64,000 nucleotides of DNA from an uncultured Selenomonas sp. Its GTDB lineage: Bacteria; Bacillota; Negativicutes; Selenomonadales; Selenomonadaceae. Both the position numbers and the translations under genes were made by a program. Location of the stretch: positions 19,559-83,558 of the forward strand of contig CAMVGU010000012.1 in the NCBI GenBank assembly GCA_947167105.1, written 5' to 3'. The stretch's first letter is position 1. Every line of letters starts with the position of its first letter. The notes beneath the pieces are model-generated. The model was not told the origin of the DNA. It was given only the letters and a program-made list of their open reading frames with translations, and ran no database searches. This document shows positions 31,137 to 40,596 of the stretch, in pieces.

Positions 31137-31308
31137 GGCAATCCCTCCCGCAATTTTTTATTCACCCTTATTCTACCACGCCCTTGCCCAAGGCTCCACT
31201 TGCCTAAAGTCATTGCACAATATTTTTCCCAGAAGCAGAAAAAAATATTGACATCATCCTCCACATCTCATATAATGTTATTTGTCAGTTGCGAAAGCGA
31301 CAGGCGAT

Positions 31309-31384
31309 GCTGGTTTAGCTCAGTTGGTAGAGCAGCTCATTCGTAATGAGCAGGTCGAAGGTTCGAGTCCTTTAGCCAGCTCCA
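31309..31384 (+). tRNA. tRNA-Thr (anticodon CGU), CCA encoded
   Basis: Folded by hand. Acceptor GCTGGTT/AGCCAGC (one G-U). D-arm AGCTCAGTTGGTAGAGC. Anticodon stem GCTCA/TGAGC with loop TTCGTAA. T-arm GAAGG-TTCGAGT-CCTTT. Discriminator T, then CCA. Confidence 0.92.
31338..31384 (+). repeat. attL (tRNA-Thr 3' half, island-derived copy)
   Basis: cattcgtaatgagcaggtcgaaggttcgagtcctttagccagctcca. Repeated at 56892-56938 with 4 mismatches. Confidence 0.85.
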
Positions 31385-31398
31385 TAGGAAAATCAAGG

Positions 31399-31426
31399 CT
31401 TCCGAGGATTTCTCGGGAGTCTTTTT
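31399..31426 (+). terminator. Hairpin + T-run after the tRNA (island-borne)
   Basis: cttccgag / ctcgggag stem (one G-U), followed by tcttttt. Confidence 0.65.
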
Positions 31427-31446
31427 CATTGCATGAAACGAGAATT

Positions 31447-31468
31447 TTGGGCCTTATTTGGGCCTTAT
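31447..31468 (+). repeat. Arm-type repeat (tandem GGGCCTTAT(T)T), left arm
   Basis: The 21-nt string tgggccttatttgggccttat (31448-31468) recurs identically at 56712-56732, in the same orientation. Both copies are inside the element, 64 bp and ~160 bp from the att cores. Confidence 0.6.
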
Positions 31469-31861
31469 CCGCCGAAATCTCTATGCCACTGGTGAAAAGT
31501 AGAGAGTGTTGACGTTAAGTTTATAGAATATTTCGGTGATTTGCAACATACTCCCTCTGCATTGTCCGGCAGAGCATCTACGCTCCCACCCATCGGTCTT
31601 CATCTTATCATATCCAGTGTGCTGACTCAAGCCGATTCGATTGTCCGAGACTCCTGTCAATTAGGGACGGGATGCGAATGTGTGAAACGTGTTGAAATCT
31701 GTGGTAGCATGTGATAGCATACAGTTATAGGGAGTTCGCTGGGCTTGCCAGCGGGCAGGTCAGATGTACCGGCTCGGATTCGCTGCGTTCGGGCGAAATT
31801 TTCTTCAGTGGAAAGAAAAAAGAAAAATTTCCACCCTCCACATCAACACCGGCTCTTCAAC

Positions 31862-31907
31862 ACAAAAGCGGCAATGGCACCCACCTGCTACGTGGGTGCC
31901 ATTGCCG
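31862..31907 (-). terminator. Terminator of the integrase gene
   Basis: Perfect 16-bp stem cggcaatggcacccac / gtgggtgccattgccg, followed on the minus strand by CTTTTGTG. Confidence 0.8.
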
Positions 31908-31916
31908 TAGCCTCTC

Positions 31917-33098
31917 TCATTTTGCTTTGTCCTCCTGGACGAGCTTCCTGATGCCATCGTCCAGACTGTTTGCTGCCTGCCTGTCTACTGACCGCAGCGC
32001 AGAACCGTAGATGTTTGCCGTTGTCCTGATGTCACCGTGTCCCAGGCGGGCACTGACGCTTTTCTCAGGAAGTCCCTGTGTCAACAGAATAGTGGCTGAC
32101 AGATGCCGCAGATCGTGAAAACGAATCAGAGGGAGTCCTTTCCGCTGAAGGAACTTGTGAAACCAATGTGAGGGCGTGGTCGGATAAAAGCACTTGCCGT
32201 TCTTATCCGCAAAGATCCATCCTTCATCGACGTACCGGTCTCCAGCCTCCTTCTTCTGATCGTCCTGCTCTGCGCGATGCGCTTTCAGCAGGTCTATCGT
32301 CTTTGGCGAGGCGGCAATCTGCCGAGTCGAGCTTGCGTTTTTTGTTTCCTTGATGAAGACTCCCCGGCCTTTCGCAGCCTGCATGGATTTCGTGATGTGG
32401 ATAATCGCATTATTCATGTCGATGTCTTCCCATTTCAGCGCCATAAGTTCACCCAGGCGGCAGCCGGTGTAGACAGCCAGCTGGGCGATGGTGCTGTACG
32501 GGCTCTTAGTATTTTCCAAAGCCTCCATCATCTTGCCTACACTGGGTTCGTCAAAGCGCAGGGGGGCGTGACGCATGACCTTCGGTGCCTTGACCTTCTC
32601 GCACGGGTTTTCGGCGATAACCTGCCACTCGACGGCATCCTTCAGCATGGAAGACAGGACACGGTAGCAGTACATGATGGTCTGGTCGGAAATGTTTCCG
32701 TTGCGGCCATCAAAGCGCTTACCGCCTTCCGTCAGCTTTTTCTTGAACTCGATGATGTGGATCGGGCGGATGGATTTTATGTCCAAATGTCCCATGGCAG
32801 GAAGAATGCGATACTTCAGATGATTCCTATATGAACGCTGGGTTTTGGGAGCCAGCTCCGGCTCAACAAAGTCCTTCATCCACCTTTTCGCGAAATCATA
32901 CAGCGTGATTTTGCCGCTGTACAGAATTTTTCCCTGCCTGACCTCGGCTTCGAACTCTCTGTAGGCTTCCTTGGCCTCCTTGTCGCTGGCAGCGTGGATG
33001 GTCTTCCTCATGATTTTCTGCTTTCCTTCGCGGTCATATCCATTCGCCACGTTGAGCCGGTAGGAGCCATCGCTGCGTTTCTCAATCTTCTTCGGCAT
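31917..33098 (-). CDS. Tyrosine-type site-specific integrase
   Basis: Phage-integrase layout: N-terminal SAM-like/arm domain, and a C-terminal catalytic domain with ...R..EL..L.W.DID..., HDLRH and a terminal ...GH..I.TT.NIYG (catalytic Tyr). ATG at 33098 with GGAGGAAG upstream. Confidence 0.92.
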   Translation of the reverse strand: MPKKIEKRSDGSYRLNVANGYDREGKQKIMRKTIHAASDKEAKEAYREFEAEVRQGKILYSGKITLYDFAKRWMKDFVEPELAPKTQRSYRNHLKYRILPAMGHLDIKSIRPIHIIEFKKKLTEGGKRFDGRNGNISDQTIMYCYRVLSSMLKDAVEWQVIAENPCEKVKAPKVMRHAPLRFDEPSVGKMMEALENTKSPYSTIAQLAVYTGCRLGELMALKWEDIDMNNAIIHITKSMQAAKGRGVFIKETKNASSTRQIAASPKTIDLLKAHRAEQDDQKKEAGDRYVDEGWIFADKNGKCFYPTTPSHWFHKFLQRKGLPLIRFHDLRHLSATILLTQGLPEKSVSARLGHGDIRTTANIYGSALRSVDRQAANSLDDGIRKLVQEDKAK

Positions 33099-33159
33099 TA
33101 TAAGCACTTCCTCCCTAAGTAAAAGAGCCATGTGGACGTGCCCCACACGGCCCCGATGA

Positions 33160-33378
33160 TTAGATGTCGTAGATGCGAGACTGGCTCTTGCTGCGTGCGC
33201 TTAAGCTCTCGGTCTCCTTCTCTTTAATCCACTGCACTACGGCATCAAGACGATAGTAGTACCGGCGCCCGATTCTTATGAATGGCATTTCTTCCCGCCT
33301 TCTCCACCTCCGTATAGTTAACTTGGACAAATTCAATGTTTTCGCCAAAGCAATTTCTGTCAGCAATGCCATAACCAT
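33160..33378 (-). CDS. Excisionase/AlpA-type HTH DNA-binding protein
   Basis: 72 aa. LLTEIALAKTLNLSKLTIRRWRRREEMPFIRIGRRYYYRLDAVVQWI is the excisionase-family HTH pattern. Sits immediately upstream of the integrase. Confidence 0.8.
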   Translation of the reverse strand: MVMALLTEIALAKTLNLSKLTIRRWRRREEMPFIRIGRRYYYRLDAVVQWIKEKETESLSARSKSQSRIYDI

Positions 33379-34063
33379 ACCTCCTGTTAGATTTGTTCTG
33401 GTCGAGTGTGTCAGTACCCAACCCTCTGCCGTTTAATCTCTCATCTCCTTTCATTGACAAAATCAACTAGTATCATTTTTTAACTTGACTATCTATCATG
33501 GGAGAAGGTGCTTCTCTGAAGGGAAAGGTATTTTCTATTCAAAGAGTTAGAAAAACTCATTCGAGCCATGATATTAGCTCTGAAGACAACAAAAAAGCTA
33601 TCCGCATAATAAACGCATAGCACATCGACATTATTCCGATAAAACACGCCAAACAAACACAACATGGCAATACGCCACATCGCGAATCCTCCGCAACAAA
33701 AACGAGTAACAATCATTTTTGTTGCCCACTTGGCGTCTTTTGTAAGAACAATGTACGATGCGGACTACACGCCTATTAGCGAATAGCTTTCATTAACTGC
33801 TGCTTCACTCTTGATTAAATAACCACTAAAGCACCTAAGGTACCCGAATGAAGCCATAAGAAAAATCCTAACTGATCCCGTTTTGTACACATTTCATACT
33901 AAAAACGAATCACCCAATATAAAATTGTCATCAATAACAGAACTAAAAAGGCAGTCATCAACTTATAAAATGATACCTTACTTATTAGAGTACCACAGTA
34001 TTCAGCAAAAATCAAGTTTTTTTTATTACCAGTTACCCAGTTCAAAATGTACAGCCACAGAAA

Positions 34064-34086
34064 GGCAGGGACGTTTGCCCCTGCCC
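34064..34086 (-). terminator. Terminator ending the 40376-34098 operon
   Basis: ggcaggg / ccctgcc stem, followed on the minus strand by TTTCTGTGG. Confidence 0.55.
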
Positions 34087-34097
34087 CCACACTCATC

Positions 34098-34868
34098 CTA
34101 CGCCGTCTGCTGGAATACCGCCGCCGTATTCGTTGCCTGAATCGGATGCAATCCCTCCTCCGTAGCATCAGCCTCCTCAAACCCGACATTGCTGCTGAGT
34201 GTCTTGATCTGCTCGGAGAGCTTGGCAATCAGGGGAAGTTCTTCCGCTGTCAGCGGCCTTGCGGCGCGGAAGGTCGCCTTTGCATAGGCGATGCCGCCTT
34301 TGTTGACAGCTTTGGTCAGGGAAAATTTCGTGACCACCTCGTAGCTCTTGCGTCCCTTGGAAAGCAGCCGCATCAAATACCTGCTCAGTTCCTTCAGGGA
34401 GCTTGGCGGCAGTGACAGCATGACAGGGAATAATTCGCCCTCCCTCAAAAGATACAGCCTCCTGCGCTCCTTGCAAGCCTTGGCGTTGTTCTCTGCCGTG
34501 CCGTATTCGTTGTAGATACAATTCTCGCAATCCCCGCCCGGCTCGCCGTAGCCTGTCACTGCATCGAGGCTGCCGCAGTCAGGCGGATTGACGCTGCCAT
34601 CGTACTTTCCCTTGAAGTAAGCCCGGATGGGGTGATGGTAGAGAATGACTGCCGTGAATTCCTTTTTAATCTCCGGCTCCTCCGGATTCTCCGAGGGGAG
34701 CTGGAATACCAAGGTGTCGCCGGAGGGCATCTTGATGCGCTCGAAAAAGGCGTTCAGCCCGTCCATCTCCTCTGCCAGCGTCGCACCGAGGTCAAAGTCC
34801 CTCAGAGCCAGATAGTTTTCTTCCGGCAGTGTTGCGAGTGCCTGCGTAGTCTGTGCTTTTCTTGTCAT
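34098..34868 (-). CDS. Hypothetical protein (256 aa) with a 4-Cys cluster; phage/ICE-associated
   Basis: ORF with coding-like composition. Cys cluster PPDCGSLD...GGDCENC...AKAC. No family recognised. Last gene of the operon, next to the PD-(D/E)XK nuclease. Confidence 0.6.
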   Translation of the reverse strand: MTRKAQTTQALATLPEENYLALRDFDLGATLAEEMDGLNAFFERIKMPSGDTLVFQLPSENPEEPEIKKEFTAVILYHHPIRAYFKGKYDGSVNPPDCGSLDAVTGYGEPGGDCENCIYNEYGTAENNAKACKERRRLYLLREGELFPVMLSLPPSSLKELSRYLMRLLSKGRKSYEVVTKFSLTKAVNKGGIAYAKATFRAARPLTAEELPLIAKLSEQIKTLSSNVGFEEADATEEGLHPIQATNTAAVFQQTA

Positions 34869-34919
34869 GGTTAAGACCTCCCAACTTAGAATGTCAAAAA
34901 TACTTCTCCATAAAGTGTT

Positions 34920-35813
34920 TCAGCTTGCGCGTCCCTGCAAAAGCTCCGCTACCTGCTGTGCATGGGGACAGTTTTCCCTTGCATCGCAGTATTCCAGACA
35001 CTTCCTGCCGCCCCAGTTCTCCTTGATGGAGCAAGGCGGGGGAAGCTGCTGTTTCTGGATGGCATCATGGAGCAATCTGGCTTTTTTGCCGAAATAACAA
35101 TTCAGCCAGTGGTCGCTGATGCGGTTGATGGGGATGATGTAGATTGGTTTCGTGATGCCCCGTTCTGCCGCTGTACGGAGACTGCTGTCCCTGCACAATG
35201 CTTGGATGAACATGCGTTTGACCTCGAATCCTGCCTTTTCCAGCAGCATACGATAGTAATTGAGCTGTATCGCCCAGTCCCAGACATGCTTCACGCCATC
35301 ATAGCGGAATTCCTTGCGTGTCTTCGGCTTGCCTTTCTTGAGGCCGGTCTTGTAGACATCCCCCGTGGGCACATCCACCTTGTAGATGCCCAGAGCCATC
35401 ATGATTTTATAAGAGCTTGTGACCTTGAGATCGCCAAGCACACCCTCCTCGCCGTCAATAATTTTCCCATAGAGATCGAATTTCCCACTGGTAATCCTGT
35501 CCTGCAGACGAACTTCGCTCAGAATCTCACCTTCCGTATGGTTCTCATGAATGGTGTGGACAGCCTGTCCATGCAGAGCATAGAGTGCGCTCATAGGGTC
35601 TACGCTGTAGGCCGTGGTCTTTTTCAGATACGTTTCCCTGACTCCCGAAATCAGCTCTGTCACGGTAGGCTCCGTGATGCCTCTGTCCAGTGAGTTTGCC
35701 ACTGCCCGAAGTGTCGGCAGGAACATGCACCGTTCTTTCTGCCTGCACTCTCTCAGGCACTCCGCAATCCCGACTTTTTGCCCGTTGGGGCAGATGAACC
35801 TTGTTGCTGGCAT
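34920..35813 (-). CDS. PD-(D/E)XK nuclease, Cas4/RecB-like with a Fe-S-type Cys cluster
   Basis: Core FDLYG...GDLKVTSSYK (D...D-x-K). C-terminal C-x10-C-x3-C-x5-C (CSIKENWGGRKCLEYCDARENC) plus N-terminal Cys residues. Good RBS (AAAGGAGA). Confidence 0.7.
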   Translation of the reverse strand: MPATRFICPNGQKVGIAECLRECRQKERCMFLPTLRAVANSLDRGITEPTVTELISGVRETYLKKTTAYSVDPMSALYALHGQAVHTIHENHTEGEILSEVRLQDRITSGKFDLYGKIIDGEEGVLGDLKVTSSYKIMMALGIYKVDVPTGDVYKTGLKKGKPKTRKEFRYDGVKHVWDWAIQLNYYRMLLEKAGFEVKRMFIQALCRDSSLRTAAERGITKPIYIIPINRISDHWLNCYFGKKARLLHDAIQKQQLPPPCSIKENWGGRKCLEYCDARENCPHAQQVAELLQGRAS

Positions 35814-35828
35814 GGTCTTGTCTCCTTT

Positions 35829-36128
35829 CTATGCTGCCTCGATGGGCAGGGCTTTCTTGACATTTTCCTTTCTGTCCGGCGCTTCCCCGAAGGATACTTC
35901 CAGATTCCCAAAGCATTTTGCCTCCTTCCCGATATCGTCCAAAAGTACACTCCCTGCAGCAATTTGCAGGTATTTGCCCAGAATCCTGGCTTGGTTGACG
36001 TTGAGCGTGATATGCAGCCCCGTGGAATTACCGTTTCCTGCATACAAACCCAAATGAAGACAGCCATTCTTACCGGAAATTTCGGCCCGTATGTTCTGGT
36101 AGGCCGGATACATATGATGCGCACACAT
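35829..36128 (-). CDS. Hypothetical protein (99 aa)
   Basis: ATG at 36128 preceded by GGAGG. Tightly packed between RadC and the nuclease gene. No motif recognised. Confidence 0.5.
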   Translation of the reverse strand: MCAHHMYPAYQNIRAEISGKNGCLHLGLYAGNGNSTGLHITLNVNQARILGKYLQIAAGSVLLDDIGKEAKCFGNLEVSFGEAPDRKENVKKALPIEAA

Positions 36129-36144
36129 TTCATGACCTCCTATC

Positions 36145-36762
36145 TCAAAATGTGACAGTACCCTGTTCCTTCATGCTCCTGAACCCGTAGCGGGCTACAA
36201 TCACATGGTCGAGCAGGGGGATATTCATAATCTTGGAGGCTTTCACCAGACGCTCCGTCACGGCAACGTCCTCCTTGCTTGGCTCTGCTTCTCCCGACGG
36301 ATGGTTGTGCACGACGATGATGGATGCCGCCAGATGCTTCACCGCCTCGTGGAACAGCTCTCTTGGGTGGACGACCGATGCGCTGATGCCGCCCTTGGAA
36401 ATCATCTTGCTACTGATGATGTGATTCTTCGTGTTGAGCATCAGCAGCCAGAATTCTTCCTGCTTCGCCTCTTTTAGAAAAGCAAAGTAGCTCGCCACGT
36501 CCTCCGGCCCGTGGATGACCGTCACCGATTGCTTCGAACGGAGATCTATGCGGCGTACAATCTCGCGCAGGCAGAGCAGCCGCTTTGCTCTCGTCCTGCC
36601 TACGCCCTCGGTCTGCTCCAATTCCGATTGCGGAGCGTGGAGAACCACATCATAGGCGGTGGGGTACTCGCGCAGAAGCTGCTTGCTGGCATTTTCCGGC
36701 AGAAAGGCATCCAGCAGGTCTTTGTCGGACAGGCCGGACGGCTCAAAGATTTCATTGCACAT
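36145..36762 (-). CDS. radC: RadC-like JAB/MPN domain protein
   Basis: The C-terminal JAMM motif HNHPSGEAEPSKEDVAVT...L.DH.I and the preceding EEFWLLMLNTKN match RadC. An HhH-like segment GVGRTRAKRL is present. Start set at ATG 36762; upstream track residues overlap the previous gene. Confidence 0.85.
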   Translation of the reverse strand: MCNEIFEPSGLSDKDLLDAFLPENASKQLLREYPTAYDVVLHAPQSELEQTEGVGRTRAKRLLCLREIVRRIDLRSKQSVTVIHGPEDVASYFAFLKEAKQEEFWLLMLNTKNHIISSKMISKGGISASVVHPRELFHEAVKHLAASIIVVHNHPSGEAEPSKEDVAVTERLVKASKIMNIPLLDHVIVARYGFRSMKEQGTVTF

Positions 36763-36772
36763 GTTTCTCGCC

Positions 36773-37675
36773 TCATTTCTCGCTGTGCCTTGCTCCCGGC
36801 AAGGCTCCAAAATTTTCTTCGTATAAAGGGAGCAGTGCCCGATTGCCGTAGGTTCTTCGGTATGCTTCCAGTTCCTTGGGGTGATACAGGCATAAAAGTT
36901 CCTCATAGATGTCCATATACCGCCGAGGAAGCCTTGGCAGGATGCATCCATGCCAATCGTCCCAATCCATCGGTCTTTCTCTGTACTCGAACCTTGGCAC
37001 GGTATCTTCCGCTGCCTCGGCAACCATGTCAGCTGTCTTCCCGATGGCGGCTTCCAGTTCCTCTATATTGATATGCTCATGGAGGGTATGGGGATTGTAA
37101 TAACCGGAGGAAAGATTGACCGCAGCCACGCCCAGTTCCGGGGCAATCAGTGAGATGTCGCTGAAAGAGCCTTGGGCCGTCCGGAATCCCTTGGAGGTGA
37201 TGTATTCCTCGAACGCATCATTGCCGCAGTCATAGTAGACGGCATCCCTGCTGCCTTTGCGGTCAAGCTCTATCAGGAACTTCAAGCTGCCTAGGCTTTC
37301 CGGCAGTTTGCTCTTGGCGTGGTCTTTGCAGAAGATGTGCGCCCCTTTGCCGCCAGTCTCTTCATCGCAGGTGAACAGCAGCCACGGTTTTTGGGGCGAT
37401 TGTCCGTATATCTTGGCCAGTGCATAGACACCGCAGCGGTCATCACCGCCGATGCCCTGGGGGGACATCAGGATATTGCCGCAGGAGCTTCTGCAGATTT
37501 CCCTGACAGGCTGCTTGTGGACGGTATCGAGATGGGCAATGAGCATCACAGGAACTTCGCCTTGCACCAACAGGTAGGCTCCCTTATGGCAGACAGCCTT
37601 ATCCTCGTACCTTTGCCGGAGCATAGAAAACAGCCGTTTCTGCGTGGGCCGAAGGAAATTTTCTAACTGTATCAT
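36773..37675 (-). CDS. M28/M20-like Zn metallopeptidase homologue
   Basis: IAHLDTV..., GGDDRCG, and FTCDEETGGKGA (H-x-D ... D ... EE) resemble co-catalytic metallopeptidases. ATG at 37675 overlaps the upstream stop (ATGA). Confidence 0.6.
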   Translation of the reverse strand: MIQLENFLRPTQKRLFSMLRQRYEDKAVCHKGAYLLVQGEVPVMLIAHLDTVHKQPVREICRSSCGNILMSPQGIGGDDRCGVYALAKIYGQSPQKPWLLFTCDEETGGKGAHIFCKDHAKSKLPESLGSLKFLIELDRKGSRDAVYYDCGNDAFEEYITSKGFRTAQGSFSDISLIAPELGVAAVNLSSGYYNPHTLHEHINIEELEAAIGKTADMVAEAAEDTVPRFEYRERPMDWDDWHGCILPRLPRRYMDIYEELLCLYHPKELEAYRRTYGNRALLPLYEENFGALPGARHSEK

Positions 37676-39162
37676 GCCACCGCCTCCCCGGAGGATTCCG
37701 CTTGCTGGCAGGACACGCACAGATAGCTCCTGCTGCCATCTGCATTCCATTCCTCCCTCATCCCTGATTTGGGAAAGTATTGGTCGCAGCAGCTACAGAG
37801 GGCATAATGTTCTTCCAAGCACCGATTGCATACGGCTCTGCCGTTGCCTGCCTCCCTGACATGTCCATAGTAGTGGTAATCCCCACATTCTGCACAGCGG
37901 CTGTAATTATCGTCACGGCAAGAACTGCATACATACCGCTCATCGCCATCCTCCCCGTAAACACGAAACAGTTCACTGCAATTTTCTTCGCAGTCGTCGC
38001 ATTCCTGATCCTCATCGGGGCAGCATTCTTGACAGTAAAGCTTATAGGAGATTTCCTTGCCGCAGCAGACGCAAAGACCGTAAGTGCCTATGCAGAAGGT
38101 CTGGCAGCTATCCTTGCAGTCCTCACGGACGCTGAGCTTTGCGTCAAATTCCTTGTACTCCCAGTCACAGTAGCCGCCGAAGCCGGTTCCTGCATGAATG
38201 GTAAATCTCTCATTGCCCCAGTAGCCGAAGGTCTTCCAGAGGTTTGGAGCGTCTTCCAAGGACGAAATCTCCCTTTGCACCAAATCGCGGTAGAGAACGG
38301 ATTCCTCCTGCGCTCCGCGGGTGCCACCGGAGGTGTTGTAGAGGCGGCTCTGCAACAAAAGACCGTTGTACGGTTTGTAGGCAAAAATTTGGCGTGTGGT
38401 CTTGCGGTTGTTCAAGGTTTCGGGTACATTGGGGTCAGCCACCGTAAAGACGATGAACGTATAACTGTCCCTGGCATAGCCCGAGCAGCCGCAGTTGTAC
38501 TGGTATTCCGTGGAATTGAACGAGTGGCAGCTTGTCATGGTGTCGCCGCGCCTGTCCTCCTTGGGATTGCTCATGGTGAGGAAATGGGCGGGATTCAGGG
38601 ACACATAAAGCTTGAAGTCGATTTTTTTGGCGGAAAGCTCATCCGCAAACTGGGCATAGAGCTTCTGGAACTCGCTTCCTGCAGATTCATCGGCGATTCC
38701 CAGTGCTTGGCACAATGCCTTGAAGACCCTGCTGGGCTTCTTGTTCTGGGCGTAGGCATAGGGGGCAAGCTCCTGAATGGCAGCAATGCCGGATGCCTTG
38801 TCCTCCTGCGAACCGATAAAGAACTGCATAGCTCTGCCGAGTTTCTCGCGTTCCTCGAAATCCGACTTTTCACAAGCAGGTTTCAGCAGAGCATCGCCCA
38901 GACGGGCAACAACGTCATAGTCCGGATTGTGCGTTCTGGTTCCGTTGATGACCAGTGCGTCCAGTGCCTCGTCCCAGACAGGGGACTTCCGAAACAGCGA
39001 CCTCAATTCATCTTTTGCATAGGCGTTATCCTCTGCCAGCCTGTCCACGAAACGTGCGTCGATGTCCTTGAGCACCGCTGTCTGCCAGCTATGAGCGCCG
39101 TAGTCCTCGATGGCCTGACGGATGTTTCTCTTGGCCAGATTTATTTTCTCCTGCATTTCCAT
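37672..39162 (-). CDS. Large Cys-rich protein (multiple CxxC zinc-ribbon motifs), unknown function
   Basis: ~496 aa from ATG 39162 (GGGAGGAA upstream). The C-terminal ~130 aa holds at least eight CxxC pairs (CVCCGKE, CQECC, CDDCEENC, CSSC, CAEC, CNRC, CSCC, CVSC). Confidence 0.7.
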   Translation of the reverse strand: MEMQEKINLAKRNIRQAIEDYGAHSWQTAVLKDIDARFVDRLAEDNAYAKDELRSLFRKSPVWDEALDALVINGTRTHNPDYDVVARLGDALLKPACEKSDFEEREKLGRAMQFFIGSQEDKASGIAAIQELAPYAYAQNKKPSRVFKALCQALGIADESAGSEFQKLYAQFADELSAKKIDFKLYVSLNPAHFLTMSNPKEDRRGDTMTSCHSFNSTEYQYNCGCSGYARDSYTFIVFTVADPNVPETLNNRKTTRQIFAYKPYNGLLLQSRLYNTSGGTRGAQEESVLYRDLVQREISSLEDAPNLWKTFGYWGNERFTIHAGTGFGGYCDWEYKEFDAKLSVREDCKDSCQTFCIGTYGLCVCCGKEISYKLYCQECCPDEDQECDDCEENCSELFRVYGEDGDERYVCSSCRDDNYSRCAECGDYHYYGHVREAGNGRAVCNRCLEEHYALCSCCDQYFPKSGMREEWNADGSRSYLCVSCQQAESSGEAVA

Positions 39163-39248
39163 TGCGATTCCTCCCAACATGGAATAAGGACGGGCAAAGC
39201 ACGCGGCTCTGTCCGTCCTGTCTGACATATTTTCGTTTCATTGCTATC

Positions 39249-40376
39249 TTAGGCGTAACGTACTTCCTGCTTGCCGGGGAGCTGACGCATGGGGGTGACA
39301 TTCTGCATCGTCCTCGTATTGGCCGCCTCCGGCAGCAATGCCCTTGGCACGGGGAGCGAAAGAATCTCGCCGCCGATACGCTCCAGTTCCGTCGCCCTCT
39401 CATAGTCCACGGCGTTCTGGGAGGCCGCAGTGACTGCGTTCAGCAAGCCGTACCGGGTGCAGTCACCACTGATGAAAAGCTGACGGAAGATATCTCCGCG
39501 CTCGTTTTCCGTGAGGGAGAACCTGTCCGCCAAAAGCTCCACTTCCTGCATGGGCTGATGCTCCAAGGGAATCTGCATTGCCTCCTGCATCTTATGCACG
39601 GTCAGCATGAATTTTGCCTCATCAGCGGCGCAGCGCACCGTGTCCTGCACCTTCATGAAAAATGCCTTGTCATCCTGCGCCAAGGTTTCATCACTGTAAA
39701 GCTCATAAGCGGTATCGCCGCTTTCAATCTGCCTGCCGACATGGCGCCGCTTCTGGGAGAAGTCTTTACAAATCATGCCATTCTTACAGACGAGCCGATA
39801 AATCAGCGGCTCTACGGTCAGATGTCCAAGACCGACCTCACTGTTGGAAATGACGAACCCTGCCTGCACCACATCATTGACCGCAACCTCCGCTTTCATC
39901 TTGCGGTTGATGACCTTGAGATAAAGATGCGCCTCGGTCACTTCACAGCTTTCGATGACGCTTCCCTTCATGTCCCGAATGATGGGAAGGACTGCGGCGC
40001 AAAGCTCCAGATTGTCCAGCCTGCGGTAGCGGTCAGAGAGGAATGCTCGCACGTTTCCGTCCATGACACGGAGCATCCTCCGCTCCGGGGACTGCTGCAG
40101 CCAGTTGTTCACATTCTCATCCAAGAGGACAGGGGCTTCCGTCTGCATCCTCTGGTAATATTTCAAGGGAATGCCCAGCCGTGCAGAAATCTGCTGATGG
40201 GCGAAGGGATTCACCCCGAATTCCAGCAACTTGTTTCCTGTGGTGAAGGTAATCCGTGACTTTCCGTCCTCCGTAGCAAAAGCAAGATGGCGCGTGTCTG
40301 CTACAAAGTCCTGCCTTGCTGCCCTCTGCCGCTGAAGCTCCGTTCCCAGTGCTTCCAATGTCTTTCCCTGTTTCAT
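39249..40376 (-). CDS. DUF932-family (phage/plasmid-like) protein
   Basis: 375 aa. N-terminal pattern ...F.NPFAHQQISARLGIPLKYYQRM...LL..NVN.WL...R.LR...G..RAFLSDRY..LDN is what I recall for DUF932/TIGR03299 proteins of ICE and plasmid leading regions. Assignment is from memory only. Confidence 0.65.
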   Translation of the reverse strand: MKQGKTLEALGTELQRQRAARQDFVADTRHLAFATEDGKSRITFTTGNKLLEFGVNPFAHQQISARLGIPLKYYQRMQTEAPVLLDENVNNWLQQSPERRMLRVMDGNVRAFLSDRYRRLDNLELCAAVLPIIRDMKGSVIESCEVTEAHLYLKVINRKMKAEVAVNDVVQAGFVISNSEVGLGHLTVEPLIYRLVCKNGMICKDFSQKRRHVGRQIESGDTAYELYSDETLAQDDKAFFMKVQDTVRCAADEAKFMLTVHKMQEAMQIPLEHQPMQEVELLADRFSLTENERGDIFRQLFISGDCTRYGLLNAVTAASQNAVDYERATELERIGGEILSLPVPRALLPEAANTRTMQNVTPMRQLPGKQEVRYA

Positions 40377-40412
40377 GTTGATCTGCTCCTTTCGATGTCT
40401 CGCTTGCAGGAC

Positions 40413-40445
40413 GCAAAAACGCCCCGAACCAAAGCGGTTCGGGGC
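40413..40445 (-). terminator. Terminator closing the AT-rich five-gene operon (bidirectional shape)
   Basis: gccccgaac / gttcggggc stem. On the minus strand it is followed by GTTTTTGCG. Confidence 0.75.
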
Positions 40446-40596
40446 AAGTTTTTGCGATCCTTTTTATGTTCCCTATGCATGGGTTCGCAGTGCATCTGCG
40501 AAAACCTGCTAGGTATCATTGGTATAGTATATGGTTGAAATGGGGAAGTTTGACGAATGAAAAATAACTGTACTAATTTTTTACACAGCGTCAAAG

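Noticed and set aside
33489-33716. 75-aa hydrophobic ORF in the AT-rich gap near xis (possible small toxin).
   Set aside because: No RBS, odd composition, and it overlaps other equally weak ORFs. Kept only as part of the non-coding-gap observation.
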